Assembly (NCBI GenBank): GCA_900128395.1
Contig: LT649274.1
Span: 1 to 48,905 of the forward strand
From: Stramenopiles sp. TOSAG23-2
Lineage: Eukaryota
Direction: 5' to 3'
DNA: 48,905 nt
Part shown: positions 8,701-21,316 of the stretch, in pieces
How positions within the stretch are numbered: position 1 is the stretch's first letter
How the letters are laid out: each line of letters begins with the position of its first letter
Translations under genes and position numbers: made by a program
Notes under the pieces: model-generated
The model's database searches: none
Told to the model about the DNA's origin: nothing
What the model saw: the letters and a program-made list of their open reading frames with translations, nothing else

Positions 8701-11700
8701 GATTTCATTGATGAAGTCTATTACAACAATGTAAATATACGTGGTAAAGTTGAAGGAAATGTAAATGGTTGTTGTACCTGGAAAACATTAAAATTTGTTG
8801 GTCGCCCACGTGCAGTATTGGCAATAGCATGCAACGATAATCAACCTGGAACTTCTGCATCATTTGCCTTTATTGCGAAGAGTTCAGATCCAGATAGTCC
8901 ATGGAATTTTTCTTCCTTTCCAAATGATCAAAGTGGCCGTACGTACAAATTGAATTGCATTGCTATACATATATACATATATTAATACACATATATAAAA
9001 CCACAACTAATTAAAATAGTTGCTAACATAATCTCATATTTCTTCTTCATACATTCTATATAATAATATATCCAGGCATCCGAGTGTTCGGAATCCATGG
9101 TCCAGATCAACATCATGGCAGCATGCGAAGACCAAAAAACAAGGATCCTAAAGAGTCGAATTGGTTTTCAAGTAAATATAAAGGACATTCCAAATTGAAT
9201 ATACCAATGAATGCAACAAATGGTCATAAGAATGATGAACATGTATGGCATGGTCGTTGCAAATATAACTTTTATCGCATTTGTCCAGATCATAAATCAG
9301 TCAATTTGTCCAAGATTGAAAGAGGAAAACAAATGTTTGAAAAAAAATTTGGTAATGTTGAATATGAATATAAAGTAGATGAAAGGCAATTAAATTTTAA
9401 AGAGCATGAATCAAATGCGCTAGAATGGGGAGGGCATATTGTATCAATTACATCAAAGGCAGAGCAAGCATTTGTTTATAATCTAATTAAAAATTCGGTT
9501 CGTCAACATATTTGGATTGGCGGTATGCGACGTGGTAAAAGTAATGGTAAAGGTTCCAAGTATTGGAAATGGAGTGCGGAAGCAAACAAAGCGAAAGGAA
9601 GAACGTGGTGGTCTATGTTTGGCAGAAAAGAAAACTCTGATACTGTATATCCATGGAAATATGAAAATTGGGCCCGTGGGGAGCCGAATAATTGGGGAGG
9701 TGGTGAAGATCGGGTTCAAATGTGGCATCATAATGGCCAATGGAATGATTGCAATCAACATGCAAGAATGGCTGCTGTTTGGAAACGGGTCAAACCAACA
9801 AGAAAAGATTTAAGACGACAAGATGCACAAATAGAAACAGCGGCAATGGAAAAAGAACGTATGGAAAAAGAACGAATGGAAAAAGAACGAATGGAAAAAG
9901 AACGAATGGAAAAAGAACGGGAACTTGTAATGCAGGAAATTGAGCAAGGTATTCAGGTAGGTGAGGAGTTATGTGCCTCTTTTTTCAATGATATGGCAAA
10001 GCTTTTTGAGAGGTTACATGTACAGAAAACTTTAGCTGAAATTGAAGAGAAAAAAGGCTTGTTAAAAAGATCAAATAAGCTAAAAGAACCTGTTGTTCTT
10101 GATATAATCCAGATGATAAAAAAACAACAAGACATTCGAAGTTTGGGTAAAACTGTTTCTAATAAAAATGATAACGTTGGAAGCAATGAGAACAGAAAAA
10201 ATACAACGTCGGATTCTGAAATAGTCTATTCTATAGCTAAAAAGGTAGATGATACAATAGCAGAAATAAAAAAGCTTCAAACATTTTCATCGGTTTCTGG
10301 ATCAATGTCAAATACTTTAGAAGGGAATTGGTACACTATTGATACTCATACTGGACAGCCAAATAAAGACAAATATGAATTTCGAAAGATAGAGGAAAAT
10401 TATTATGGAATCTATCGCAACGGTAAGAATGGGGATAGGGATCGTTTTCGAATAAATGGCAATGCACTCAATCATGAATATGGTCATACTGCTGAAATTC
10501 AAGCAGATGGAGATATTCGATGGATATCAAAAGGCAATGGTAGGTATATATCACGTCGAGAAGGCGGTTATGTACACACCAAAAAAAAATCATCCACGGA
10601 GGATATTGCAAATGAAGAAAGTTACAAAATGTTACAAAATTATTGCAACACATTGCTGAAAATAAAACAAGATGTAACAACATCAATTGCTTCTGAATAT
10701 GCATATTTACCAAATATTCGTTCGATATCAGATGAAAAGGTTCAAGTACATTGGACAAAAGATTGGGCTGTTTTGCCTGAATATCGAAAGGCAAAAGCAA
10801 TGTTTTGTCTTGAAAGTGAATGGTTATCGGATACAATGTTATTGCGTCAGATACGGGATGCAAATGCGCGTTTTGGGGAAGAATTGAAAAATATGAACTC
10901 CAACAAGGCTTTTGAAACAGCATGTTTGGAAGCAATATGCAAAGGATATAAATTAAAAAGCAAAAACAAGGCAAAGAAACAAAAAGATTTATTAAGCCAA
11001 CGTGTAATTTTAAATGAAGTTAGAAAATGCTATAATAATTTGGAAGCATGGAAAAAACCGTACTTTAATCATGCGTTACATATTTTAAGTAAATATGAAT
11101 CCGATAATGGGGCAATAACGACGAAATTAGCAGAAGTATGCGATAGAGCATTGCATTGTAGGCAAGTTCAAGTGAAGTCCTTTAATTTACTAATGTCCCA
11201 TTCATATCGATTAATACTATCTTTAAGAAGTCAAGTTGGTTTAGAGGAACAAGTTGGAAAAGTTATGGAAGAAAAAAATGGAGAAGAGGAAGAAAATCAT
11301 AATGTTGTGCCAGATCTTCCTGCTACGTACGAAGATTTAAAAGTTGGGGCGCATGTAATTTGTTCTTGGGACAATGCTATGGATAAATGGGAACATTCTC
11401 CAGATGGAAAAATGGTAGATCTTAGTGCTGTGAGGAAAGGGAAGCTATACTCAGCACAGGTAAAGGGGAAAACGAACAATAATAAGGCCAGTCGGCCAAT
11501 ACAAATTTCATTTCAGGATGGAAATACAAAGTGGGTTCCAGCTGATTTGCTAGTTATAATTCAAAATTTTTCCAATTCATCACAACAAAACGTAATTGCT
11601 GTTAAATGTACAGAAAAATGGTCATATAAAAGTGGACCTACAATTGAATGTACAGTTTGGGAGCGTACTAATCGTACAAAAGTGGAAATAGAAGCTATCA

Positions 11701-13988
11701 TGGATGTGCAAAAAAAGAAACGGGCTCATCACAAGGATATTGATAAATTGACTTTGCACATCGATGATGGTGCATCTGTGGTAAAACGTTTACCAAGCAT
11801 AAAACGTAGTTACAGTAGTGGTGAAGATTTGGAATCATATACCAATGCCTTGCAAAGATTTTATGAAATCATGGAGGATTATATTGATGATCACAAGGAA
11901 AATGCATTTCAATCATCGTTCGTTGAGCCAAGTGAGTTTTATTTTCACTTTAAAAATCGCAGGGAGGGTTGGAACGAAGACAATGTGGTTACACATAGTA
12001 TTAACTATTATTTAACCCTTTTAAACTCCACAGTTGGTGTCCATTTACCAATGCTACCTGCATATTGGGAAAATTGGCCGGAAACAGTTTGTGATTTTTG
12101 GGCAGGGCTTTCAGATGAAGCATGGGAACAATTTTCAGCTATAAATCATTTTGGCATAAGTTATGAAGGAATTTCTGAATTGAAAAACCATGCAAAAAAA
12201 TATATAAAAAATGGCAATATCCCACGAGCTCAATTTCCAAAGGGTTCAAGACCACCTCCAGCAAAAGAATTTGCAAATAATAATGTAAATCCAAACGGAA
12301 ATGCAAATCATCGTAAAGCATTAGCTCTATATATTGAACGATTTGCATCATTTTTCAAATTAGATTTTTTCGTATATAAAGCATTTAATAAATTGTATAG
12401 CGAAGAAAAACCGGAACATGCCGGTTTTCGCAGAGCATGTGCCACGTTATACAATGTGTATAGAAATGAGCAAAGTCCTGATTATGAAGAAGAATTTATT
12501 GAATATTGTTTCAAAGATGAAATGTTTATGGAATTAGATATTGAGCGTGTAGCAAGATTTTTTGTATGGCTTGGTGTTGTGAAACCAACTGAAAAAATAT
12601 TTGTTACAAAACGTGATGTAAATCGAAAAAGCAAAAAAAACAGTGATAACAAAAGTAATAATAACCATACAAACATATCCAAGAATAATCGTAAAGAAAA
12701 GAAAGGTTTAGAAGAAGTTGAAAAAGTTTTACTTGATATTGAAAAACAATTACAAAAAGCTATGAAAGACAGAGATACCAATTCCATTCGAGCTTTAATG
12801 GCAAAACGAAACGAAGTACAAACAATGCGTTCAGCACGGTTAAAAAAAAATAGTGAAATATCAAGAGCAGATAATAATAATAATGATGATGATGCAAAGG
12901 CTTTGGGTGATAATAACAAAGTATTTGAGAAGAAATTATTAGATATTAATAAAAAAATGCAGAAAGCTATGGCAGATCGTGATACAAATAAAATAAGATC
13001 ATTAATGGCTGAACGAAGCAAAATGCTACTTGAACAAGATGCAAGTAAAGTTCCACCAAAGCAAGTTGTTGTGTATAATAAGATTGTCAAAACTGCAAAA
13101 GAGAGTCTTGATGGAAAAGAAAATTTAGGTTTTTCTTCAAGTTTAAGATATGAATTTGGCGACGTTGAATTGGAATTAGAACACCGTTGTGTGTATATAG
13201 ATGGTTCACAAGGTGCAATTGAAGTTACTACAAATAGTACTGATAAGGCAACTGTAACTTGTAAGTTGAATATTGATACATTCATTCAAGTCATCATGGG
13301 AGAATTAAAACTAGAACAAGCGCTTGGATCTGGAAAAATGAAAATGGAAGGCAATACAAGTGTTTTAGGAGCTGCAGCAAATTTATTAGAATTGTTGGAT
13401 AGTGGGATGAAAAAATTATTCTTAGAAATGAATAATAATGATAGTAATAGTGATAATAGTAATTACAAATCCATAAAAGGAGGGATAAACACAGGGAAAA
13501 ATGTTATAATTAAATTTGGACTTATAAATGAAACTTTTGATTTAGAAGTAAAATTATATGATGATATCACACCGTTAACTTGTAAAAATTTTAGAACAAT
13601 TGCTTCTAAAGGTATTAATGGTAAAACATACAATGGATGTATAATACATAGGATTATTAAAAGATTTATGTTACACGGTGGAGATATAGTAAATGGAAAT
13701 GGAACTGGTAGTATATCTATATATGGTAATCAATTTAAAGATGAAAATTTTATTAAAAAACATGATAAAGCGGGATTATTATCAATGGCAAATAGTGGAC
13801 CAAATACTAATGGATCACAATTTTTTATTACAACTGTTCCTACTCCACATTTAGATGGAAAACATGTTGTATTTGGAGAAGTAGTAAAAGGTATAGAATA
13901 TATTAGTAAATTTGAAAATTTATCAACTGATACTTCTGATAAACCATATCAAAATTTAGTGATTATATCTATTAAAGAAAAAAATTAA
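5734..13988 (+). CDS. Giant multidomain protein (~2705 aa; exons 5734-8938 and 9076-13988): ankyrin modules, beta-trefoil-like repeats, jelly-roll-like domain, C-type lectin, MEKER repeats, SCP2, C-terminal cyclophilin
   Basis: Intron 8939-9075 (GTACGT..TGCTAAC..CCAG) joins the 1083-aa and 1634-aa ORFs in frame (C|GC = Arg). Domain motifs: TPLxxAA/NALH ankyrins; WIGG..NWARGEPNN..GQWND lectin; GELKLEQALGSGKMKMEGN SCP2; HRII..GGD..GTG..SMANSGPNTNGSQFFIT..LDGKHVVFG cyclophilin. Confidence 0.85.
8939..9075 (+). other. Spliceosomal intron (137 nt)
   Basis: GTACGT donor, TGCTAAC branch site near 9021, CAG acceptor; splicing restores the reading frame. Confidence 0.9.
9846..9920 (+). repeat. Coding 15-bp minisatellite x5 (MEKER)
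   Basis: ATGGAAAAAGAACG(T/A/G) repeated five times. Confidence 0.95.
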
Positions 13989-14244
13989 AAAATATTGAAA
14001 TTAATTTTAAAAAATGATTTAAAAATAATTTAATAAATAAATATATTGTCACTGGGGAATTCGAGGTTGTGGCTATCGATGGGAAGTTGATGATGTGGAC
14101 CCTAAGGAAGTAGGCCGTAGTCCAACTAGCAAATCCTTGTGACACACTTCATCAGGTCTGGGTGCGGTTTAAACCAGGTGTTTTAAAAACATTAATTTAA
14201 AAATACACACTAGCATTCTTTATACGAATATTTAATTTATATGA

Positions 14245-14488
14245 TAATATTGATTTTTGAAGTCCAAAAAATAGAATATAAAAATTCTAAAGTGATTCGT
14301 ACTTACATTATTTATATAATAATTGATTTTGAAGTGTCCAAAAAATATAATATTTAAAAATTCTAAAGTGATTCGTACTTACATTATTTATATAATAATT
14401 GATTTTGAAGTGTCCAAAAAATATAATATTTAAAAATTCTAAAGTGATTCGTACTTACATTTATATTTATATAATAATTGATTTTGAA
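14245..14488. repeat. 76-bp AT-rich tandem array (~3 units), resuming at 16524-16575 after the CACTA-like insertion
   Basis: TTCTAAAGTGATTCGTACTTACATT at 14285, 14361 and 14437, and again at about 16550. Confidence 0.9.
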
Positions 14489-16523
14489 CACTATGGATGA
14501 AATACGCCTCTTATTTTAGCTAAAATCGGTCATGTTTTTTTGAGCTGTCCCATGGCTGCCGGCTGATTTTTTGAAAGGCCCGCTCGGCCTCTAACAATCA
14601 CCCACTATGGATGAAATACGCCTCTTATTTTAGCTAAAATCGGTCATGTTTTTTTGAGCTGTCCCATGGCTGCCGGCTGATTTTTTGAAAGGCCCGCTCG
14701 GCCTCTAACAATCACCACATCAAAAATCATGTTTTTTTGTACTAAAACAATACAATTATATTCCTATATAGCACGCAATTGTCGTCCTATGCTAATTTTT
14801 GTATATGGGAATAGCATTAGCGTCTATAATTAAAAATCAATCCATCAAATTTCTTATTATTAATTTATTATAATTGTTGAAATTACACTATTGCAATGTG
14901 CTATTATACCATCTTACACTATATATATAGACTTATAGACTTTTTACCCATTATAGATATAGACATATGCTATACTTTCATAGTACTTCAGTGAACAAGA
15001 AGGATTTCAATCGAGAACTATCAATTAATAACTAGAACAAGAATAACAAGAACAATGTCAAGAATAGTTCAAGCAGAGACAAGGGAATACAATCTTCAGC
15101 AAACGAATAATCCTGCCCCAAGTAGTACATCTGGTTGGTCGAAACTAGATGGTGGCGATTTTGACGATGCATTAGTACTAAAGATGTATTTCTGTTACAA
15201 ATATTATCACAATGGGATTTTATACCGATGTCGTACAGAGATTGGCAAAGAAAAATTTAGTGATATCTTTTTTTTTGCAGATAATTCTACAACACATTTG
15301 CAGATCTGGTTAGCTGATAAATGTAAAGCACAGGCATTAACATCCGCTACTTCTGGTGGAAATATAAAGATCCCTCAGTTCTTTTGCAGATAATTCTACA
15401 ACACATTTGCAGATCTGGTTAGCTGATAAATGTAAAATCAAATCAAATAAAAGATATGAATGAAACAAGCTTCTTGATGTTTTTAAAATCAAATGAAGAT
15501 GTTTCCACACAGAAGCTCATATCGTGATTGTTAAATGGCGATTTGACATATCTATACGATAAATATGGGGTATCATTCGGATAACTTGTGTGCATTGCCT
15601 GAATCACGGTGAACCCTTTTTCTTCAAGTAATGCATGTGCAGCAGCGTGGTACTTCTGTCTCAATGCTTTGGCTTCGTCACGTGATCCACGTTTACTTCT
15701 GGTGGAAATATAAAGATCCCTCAGTTCATGACAGGTCGAACTCATCAGGAAATAGTTATATTCAAGAAACTAGACGTACCTAAGTATATTTATATTATAC
15801 AATATACTTCTGGTGGAAATATAAAGATCCCTCAGTTCATGACAGGTCGAACTCATCAGGAAATAGTTATATTCAAGAAACTAGACGTACCTAAGTATAT
15901 TTATATTATACAATAGTATTATTATTATTAGAATGTGGTCTCTCTGGTATATTGTGTTAAGTCTGGGAGTTCTTGTTAATTACAGTACCTGTATATATTC
16001 TTTTGGTTTTGTTATGTGTGTGTGTAAAGCAGTTGTTGAGTTTTTGTAGTCGCTTCATATGCGTCAATCATAAAATTGTGCATGCTATTTGCCTGTTATC
16101 GGATTGGGCTAGTAATATTTCCTTTGGTTTTTTTTTCTTCGTATGTGCAAGTGCATGTGCGTATTTCGTATTTCTTATACGTCCTTCGGCAGGCTAAATA
16201 TATATAGGGTATATAAAAATATAACAGTACAATTAATATATACTTAATCGTAAAATATACACCGTTCAAAAAAAGTTTGTATATTTTTCATTTAGCATAG
16301 GACGACAATAGATAGAGTTAGAGAAATGAGGGTTATAACACGTAAAAAATCAGCGGCTGCTCAAAAAAACATGACCGATTTTAGCTAAAATAAGAGGCGT
16401 ATTTCATCCATAGTGAAGAGAAAAAAGCGGAAAAGAAAGTTCTTTTTTCTTTTTTTCGGAAAAAGCTGTCAAAAAAACATGACCGATTTTAGCTAAAATA
16501 AGAGGCGTATTTCATCCATAGTG
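14489..16523. mobile_element. Non-autonomous CACTA/CMC-like DNA transposon with 57-bp TIRs (both ends doubled)
   Basis: CACTATGGATGAAATACGCCTC...TTTGAGC starts at 14489 and 14603; reverse complements end at 16415 and 16523. Internal 18-bp inverted repeat at 14778-14795/16292-16309. No transposase recognised. Confidence 0.8.
15443..15745 (-). CDS. Possible small ORF or gene fragment inside the CACTA-like element
   Basis: 100-aa ORF with protein-like composition; no recognised motif; the region is scrambled by duplications. Confidence 0.25.
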   Translation of the reverse strand: MSSTCHELRDLYISTRSKRGSRDEAKALRQKYHAAAHALLEEKGFTVIQAMHTSYPNDTPYLSYRYVKSPFNNHDMSFCVETSSFDFKNIKKLVSFISFI

Positions 16524-16699
16524 TGTCCAAAAAATAGAATATAAAAAAATTCTAAAGTGATTCGTACTTACATTTATATATTAGTATTGTAAAACACTAT
16601 AAATTTTTCTATCAAATACGCCACCCCCGAAAAGCGTTATTTTTCATTCACGCTTCTTTCATATTTATCAATGTACACATCCATTTAAACAAAAACAAT

Positions 16700-16987
16700 T
16701 TGATGTTTTGGGAAATATCACAATTAAAAGAAGAAGTTAGAGATTTAAAAACATTGGTAAAATCATTAATTTCTAAATTGAAAGATAATAATAAAAATAT
16801 TGTTGGTGATATTAGCAATGACGTGACATTAGATAGTTACCTTCATGAGGTAAATGTGGAACAAGCAAATAAGGCGATTGATAATCCAGAGGAATTGAAT
16901 GATGTTGGGGAAAAGGAGGAAGAGGAGGAGGAGGAAGAAGAAGAAGAAACCGATGATACACTTAATGAACAAGAAGCAAAAAAGTGA
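16700..16987 (+). CDS. Small coiled-coil/acidic hypothetical protein
   Basis: ORF with ATG at 16703, a heptad-like N-terminus and a poly-Glu tail, in otherwise very AT-rich flanks. Confidence 0.45.
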   Translation: MMFWEISQLKEEVRDLKTLVKSLISKLKDNNKNIVGDISNDVTLDSYLHEVNVEQANKAIDNPEELNDVGEKEEEEEEEEEEETDDTLNEQEAKK

Positions 16988-17368
16988 TGGTACGATATAA
17001 TAATTTGTACATCCCACATCGATCGTGATATATAATTTTAAATACACGAATATCTTATATCTTTAATACTTAATTGCAATAACTTATTTTTTAATTTACT
17101 CATGATAATTCCTACTATCTCCCCATTTCAACAATTATTGCTAACAAAATAATATTTTCCCCATTGTCCTTAGTTTTAAAAATTGTGTTGTTTTTTTTTC
17201 ATTCACAAGGATACAGATACAGTAGATAGATACAACAAAAGAAGAAATAGAAACAACAATCAATCATTCACACACCGTGTCATCTCACATTATATATATT
17301 TTCAAACAAAAGAATTCACATACACGTTATATATCCCCATTTCCCTCCTACGTCCTTCATCATTCACC

Positions 17369-18343
17369 ATGTCAGCAATAAAAATATTATCGCAACGAAA
17401 AGTTGCATCAGGAATATTAACAAGATTATCGTTCAAATCACAAGTATTAAATTCCACTACAACATTCACCATGTCAGCAATAAAAATATTATCGCAACGA
17501 AAAGTTGCATCAGGAATATTAACAAGATTATCGTTCAAATCACAAGTATTAAATTCCACTACAACAACATCAACGTTTATTCCAAAATCAGCACCTGGTT
17601 CTAGTGCAAAACCAGCTTTGTATTGGCTCTCTGGATTAACGTGTACTGATGAAAATTTTGTAGAAAAAGCAGGTGCATTTCATAGTGCATCAAAACATTC
17701 TTTAAGCTTAGTAATACCGGATACATCACCACGTGGCGATAGTGTTCCAAATGATGAAGCATATGATTTAGGTCAAGGTGCTGGTTTTTATTTAAATGCA
17801 ACTGAAGACCCGTGGAAAGAACATTACCAAATGTATGATTATATCACGAAAGAACTACCGGAGGTACTTGCAAATTCAGAATTTAATATATGCAAAAATT
17901 ATCGCTCCATCTCTGGTCATTCCATGGGTGGGCATGGTGCATTAACAATAGCAATGAAAGATGAAGGTAAATCATATGCAAGTGTGTCAGCATTTGCACC
18001 AATTGTAGCACCTGCACAAGTTGACTGGGGAAAAAAAGCATTTACAAATTATTTAGGTTCAGTGGAAAATGGTGCAAAAGAATACGATGCTACAAATTTA
18101 TTATTGGAGAATGGTCCATTTCCAGAATTAGGAACGATATTAATTGATCAAGGTACGGATGATGAATTTTTAGATAATCAATTAAAAACGGAATTGTTTG
18201 AAAATGCATGTAAGCAAGTTGGACAATCAAAACAAATTAATATGAGAGATGGATATGATCATTCTTATTTTTTCATCTTATCATTTATTGATGAACATAT
18301 TCAACATGCATCAAAAGCAATTAAAGCAAGGATGAACCAGTAA
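17369..18343 (+). CDS. ESD: S-formylglutathione hydrolase (esterase D); first 34 codons duplicated in frame
   Basis: LYWLSGLTCTDENF, PDTSPRG, GAGFYLNAT, GHSMGGHGAL nucleophile elbow, GYDHSYFF. Real start is likely ATG 17369 (or the duplicate copy at 17471). Confidence 0.95.
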   Translation: MSAIKILSQRKVASGILTRLSFKSQVLNSTTTFTMSAIKILSQRKVASGILTRLSFKSQVLNSTTTTSTFIPKSAPGSSAKPALYWLSGLTCTDENFVEKAGAFHSASKHSLSLVIPDTSPRGDSVPNDEAYDLGQGAGFYLNATEDPWKEHYQMYDYITKELPEVLANSEFNICKNYRSISGHSMGGHGALTIAMKDEGKSYASVSAFAPIVAPAQVDWGKKAFTNYLGSVENGAKEYDATNLLLENGPFPELGTILIDQGTDDEFLDNQLKTELFENACKQVGQSKQINMRDGYDHSYFFILSFIDEHIQHASKAIKARMNQ

Positions 18344-18811
18344 ATATTATGTAGGCGTATTACAAAGCTTATTTTTTCATCTTATCATTTATTGATGAAC
18401 ATATTCAACATGCATCAAAAGCAATTAAAGCAAGGATGAACCAGTAAATATTATGTAGGCGTATTACAAAGTTTGGTTTACAAAAATATATTTCAGTTAA
18501 ATATTGAAACAAATATTGAATGTTTGTGTTATAATTTAATTTACTTTATTTTATACCTTTTTTGATTTTTTAATGATTTTTTACTTTCGTATTTTTTTTG
18601 CTCTACTACAAATTAAAATCTCTTTTTGTCTTTTACTTTGTCAAATCATAAACTGAATAAGTGGCTAATATATCTAGATATATATATATAAACAAAAGTG
18701 AAATCAAAATATAATAAGATATACAAATATCGTATCATAGTAAACATTACATATAAGAAAAAGAAGAAAAAGGTGCACATATACATATATATATATTCCA
18801 ACAATAAAAAT

Positions 18812-19948
18812 ATGTTCCTAACACGCCAATTATTACGTAATAATAATCTTAAGCTCATTTCAAAGAGGAACCAAAAATTTTTCTCATCCACACCGTTTCA
18901 ACATAGTAATACTAACACAAAATTAGTTACAACAACAATTGCTGCTATTGTTGGTGGTGCAGCTGGTATTTCATATTTTACAACGGATGGAAACAATAAC
19001 GGTAATGTATTATTAGCAGAAGATGTAGAGACTTTAACTGCATTATCAAAAAAAGACTTTAAGACATTTCCTGTAGTGAAAAATGAAATCTTATCAAAAG
19101 ATACGAACTTGATAACGTTCAAGTTACCTTCTGAGGAACATACACTTGGATTAACTGTAGCCTCTTGTTTATCTATGTCGGCAGAGATTGATGGTAAAAC
19201 GGTGAATCGCTCATATACACCAATTTCAAGGAGAAATCAACAAGGTACAGCTGAATTTATCATCAAATCTTATCCACCACGTACGGATGGAAAACCAGGC
19301 GGGATGGGAAGACATCTTCGATCATTAAAACCTGGTGATTCCATTAAAATGAAAGGTCCATGGGGTAAATTTGCTTATAATGCAAATGAGTTTGAAGAAG
19401 TTGGTATGATTGCTGGTGGTACTGGTATAACACCAATGTTTCAAATCATTCAGGAAATATTATATAATGAAGATGATAATACAAAAATTAAATTGTTATA
19501 TGGAAACAAAACTACTGACGACATACTAATTAAAGAAAAATTAGATAATTTACAAAAAGAATTTCCAACACGTTTTAATGTTAGTTATACAGTTGATAAA
19601 GCACCATGGTGGTGGCAATTAAGTGGTGAAACTGGATTTGTTACGAAACAAATGGTAGAACGATGTGTATTCAGTGCAAATAATAAACAAAAATTTAAAA
19701 TCTTTGTTTGTGGTCCACAACCAATGGTAAGTTTGTCATCTATTCCTTCTATTTTAATAGATAATGATTTGTATATATAATATAAATATTCTAACATGAT
19801 ATGATATATATTCTTTTGACAATGATTATGATATATAATTATATAGATGAACGCAGTTAGTGGAAAAAAAGCAGGGAGAAAACAAGGAAAGATTGGTGGT
19901 TGTTTGAAAAAAGCTGGATTTACCGAAGAACATGTTTATAAATTTTAA
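18812..19948 (+). CDS. NADH-cytochrome b5 reductase, mitochondrial MCR1-like (exons 18812-19726 and 19847-19948)
   Basis: RSYTPIS, MIAGGTGITPMFQ, VCGPQPM. Intron 19727-19846 (GTAAGT..TTCTAAC..TAG) gives the typical end QGKIGGCLKKAGFTEEHVYKF. Transit-peptide-like N-terminus. Confidence 0.92.
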
Positions 19949-20307
19949 AAAAATCTCACAAATTTGGTTTGATATTGTTCACATTAGTTTTTTTTTGTTG
20001 TGCTTTGAATTGCATAAATTCAAGTTTTTGGAGAAGGTCATTGACAAGTTACGTGCACCAAAAGTACAAAAGCTATGCTTTATTACACCAACAGTTAGAG
20101 AAGAGAGGGGGATTAGGATTTACAACCCGCAGTATTTAAAAAGAAAAAAGATTAAAAAAATATAAATATATACACTCCCTTATTGCGCACATATATTTAA
20201 CAATAATTATTTTACTCCACCTCCACCCATGGTAATGCTTTTCTATCTTTCGATGAATTTTTCTTACACACTCCCTTATTGCGCACATATATTTAACAAT
20301 AATTATT

Positions 20308-21165
20308 TTACTCCACCTCCACCCATGGTAATGCTTTTCTATCTTTCGATGAATTTTTCTTACGTCGTTTTGACATGTATTTATTTAATTGACCTTGTTC
20401 TTCCAATTCTTTATATTTTTCTTTCAATTCCTCTTCACGTAACATTGATTTTTTCATGAAATATGGTTTTTTACCACTAGCAATTTGATCACGTTCACGT
20501 TTACGTATTTTCTTTTCTAATTCTTTTCGTTTATCAAATTTTTCTTTCGTTACCAGTTCGTTTTTTAATTTGCTCATTTGTTTTGTCAATTTTTCTTTTA
20601 AATAAACATCATTCTTTTTACATTTTTTGATTTTTTTTTTCAGTTCATTAATTTCATCTTCTTTATGTTGTTTTAAAAAGGAATATGCCGTATTCCAATG
20701 TCCAATATTTAATGTACCACTCATAGAATCAAACCGTGGATCCCTTGTTTTACCAGCATAATTCATACCATCTGAATCTTCAACAACTTGCCTAAATCGA
20801 CTGACTTGCCTTTTTGAACTCATCTCCGTTGGTCGATTTTTATTTAAACGCTTATTCTTTTTCTTATTATTATATTCATCCATGTCTATTAATTTATTAG
20901 TTTTTTTATGGTTTGCAATTTTCCGGTTTGTTAATTGTTCTTGAAATGATGGTGCGTCATCTTCCGAGGAGGAGGTATTATATTCATCCATGTCTATTAA
21001 TTTATTAGTTTTTTTATGGTTTGCAATTTTCCGGTTTGTTAATTGTTCTTGAAATGATGGTGCGTCATCTTCCGAGGAGGAGGAGGACGAGGACGAGGAG
21101 GAAGAAGAAGAGGAGGAGGAAGAGGATGATGAATCTGATCTGTTTCTATTCATTGTTTCTCGCAT
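20308..21165 (-). CDS. RRP36: rRNA biogenesis protein RRP36 (DUF947)
   Basis: PTEMSSKRQVSRFR, RDPRFDSMSG, GKKPYFMKKS and a basic C-terminus. Contains a 108-bp in-frame duplication. Confidence 0.9.
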   Translation of the reverse strand: MRETMNRNRSDSSSSSSSSSSSSSSSSSSSSEDDAPSFQEQLTNRKIANHKKTNKLIDMDEYNTSSSEDDAPSFQEQLTNRKIANHKKTNKLIDMDEYNNKKKNKRLNKNRPTEMSSKRQVSRFRQVVEDSDGMNYAGKTRDPRFDSMSGTLNIGHWNTAYSFLKQHKEDEINELKKKIKKCKKNDVYLKEKLTKQMSKLKNELVTKEKFDKRKELEKKIRKRERDQIASGKKPYFMKKSMLREEELKEKYKELEEQGQLNKYMSKRRKKNSSKDRKALPWVEVE

Positions 21166-21316
21166 GTGATTTTTATTTTGTTGATTATATCTATCTATCT
21201 ATCTATCTGTTGATCTATATCTATTTTAATTCTTTCTTTTTTGTTTTAGTAATAGTCATTATGATATATATATATATAATATATATTGTGGTGTAATTTG
21301 TGTGAAAAGGTGTATT

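Noticed and set aside
12482-13285. 267-aa and other antisense ORFs over long genes
   Set aside because: Shadow frames of well-supported genes on the opposite strand.
14050-14112. Short coding-like stretch (TGEFEVVAIDGKLMMWTLRK-stop), WD40-end-like
   Set aside because: Too short and lacks a start or upstream exon; possibly a contig-join remnant.
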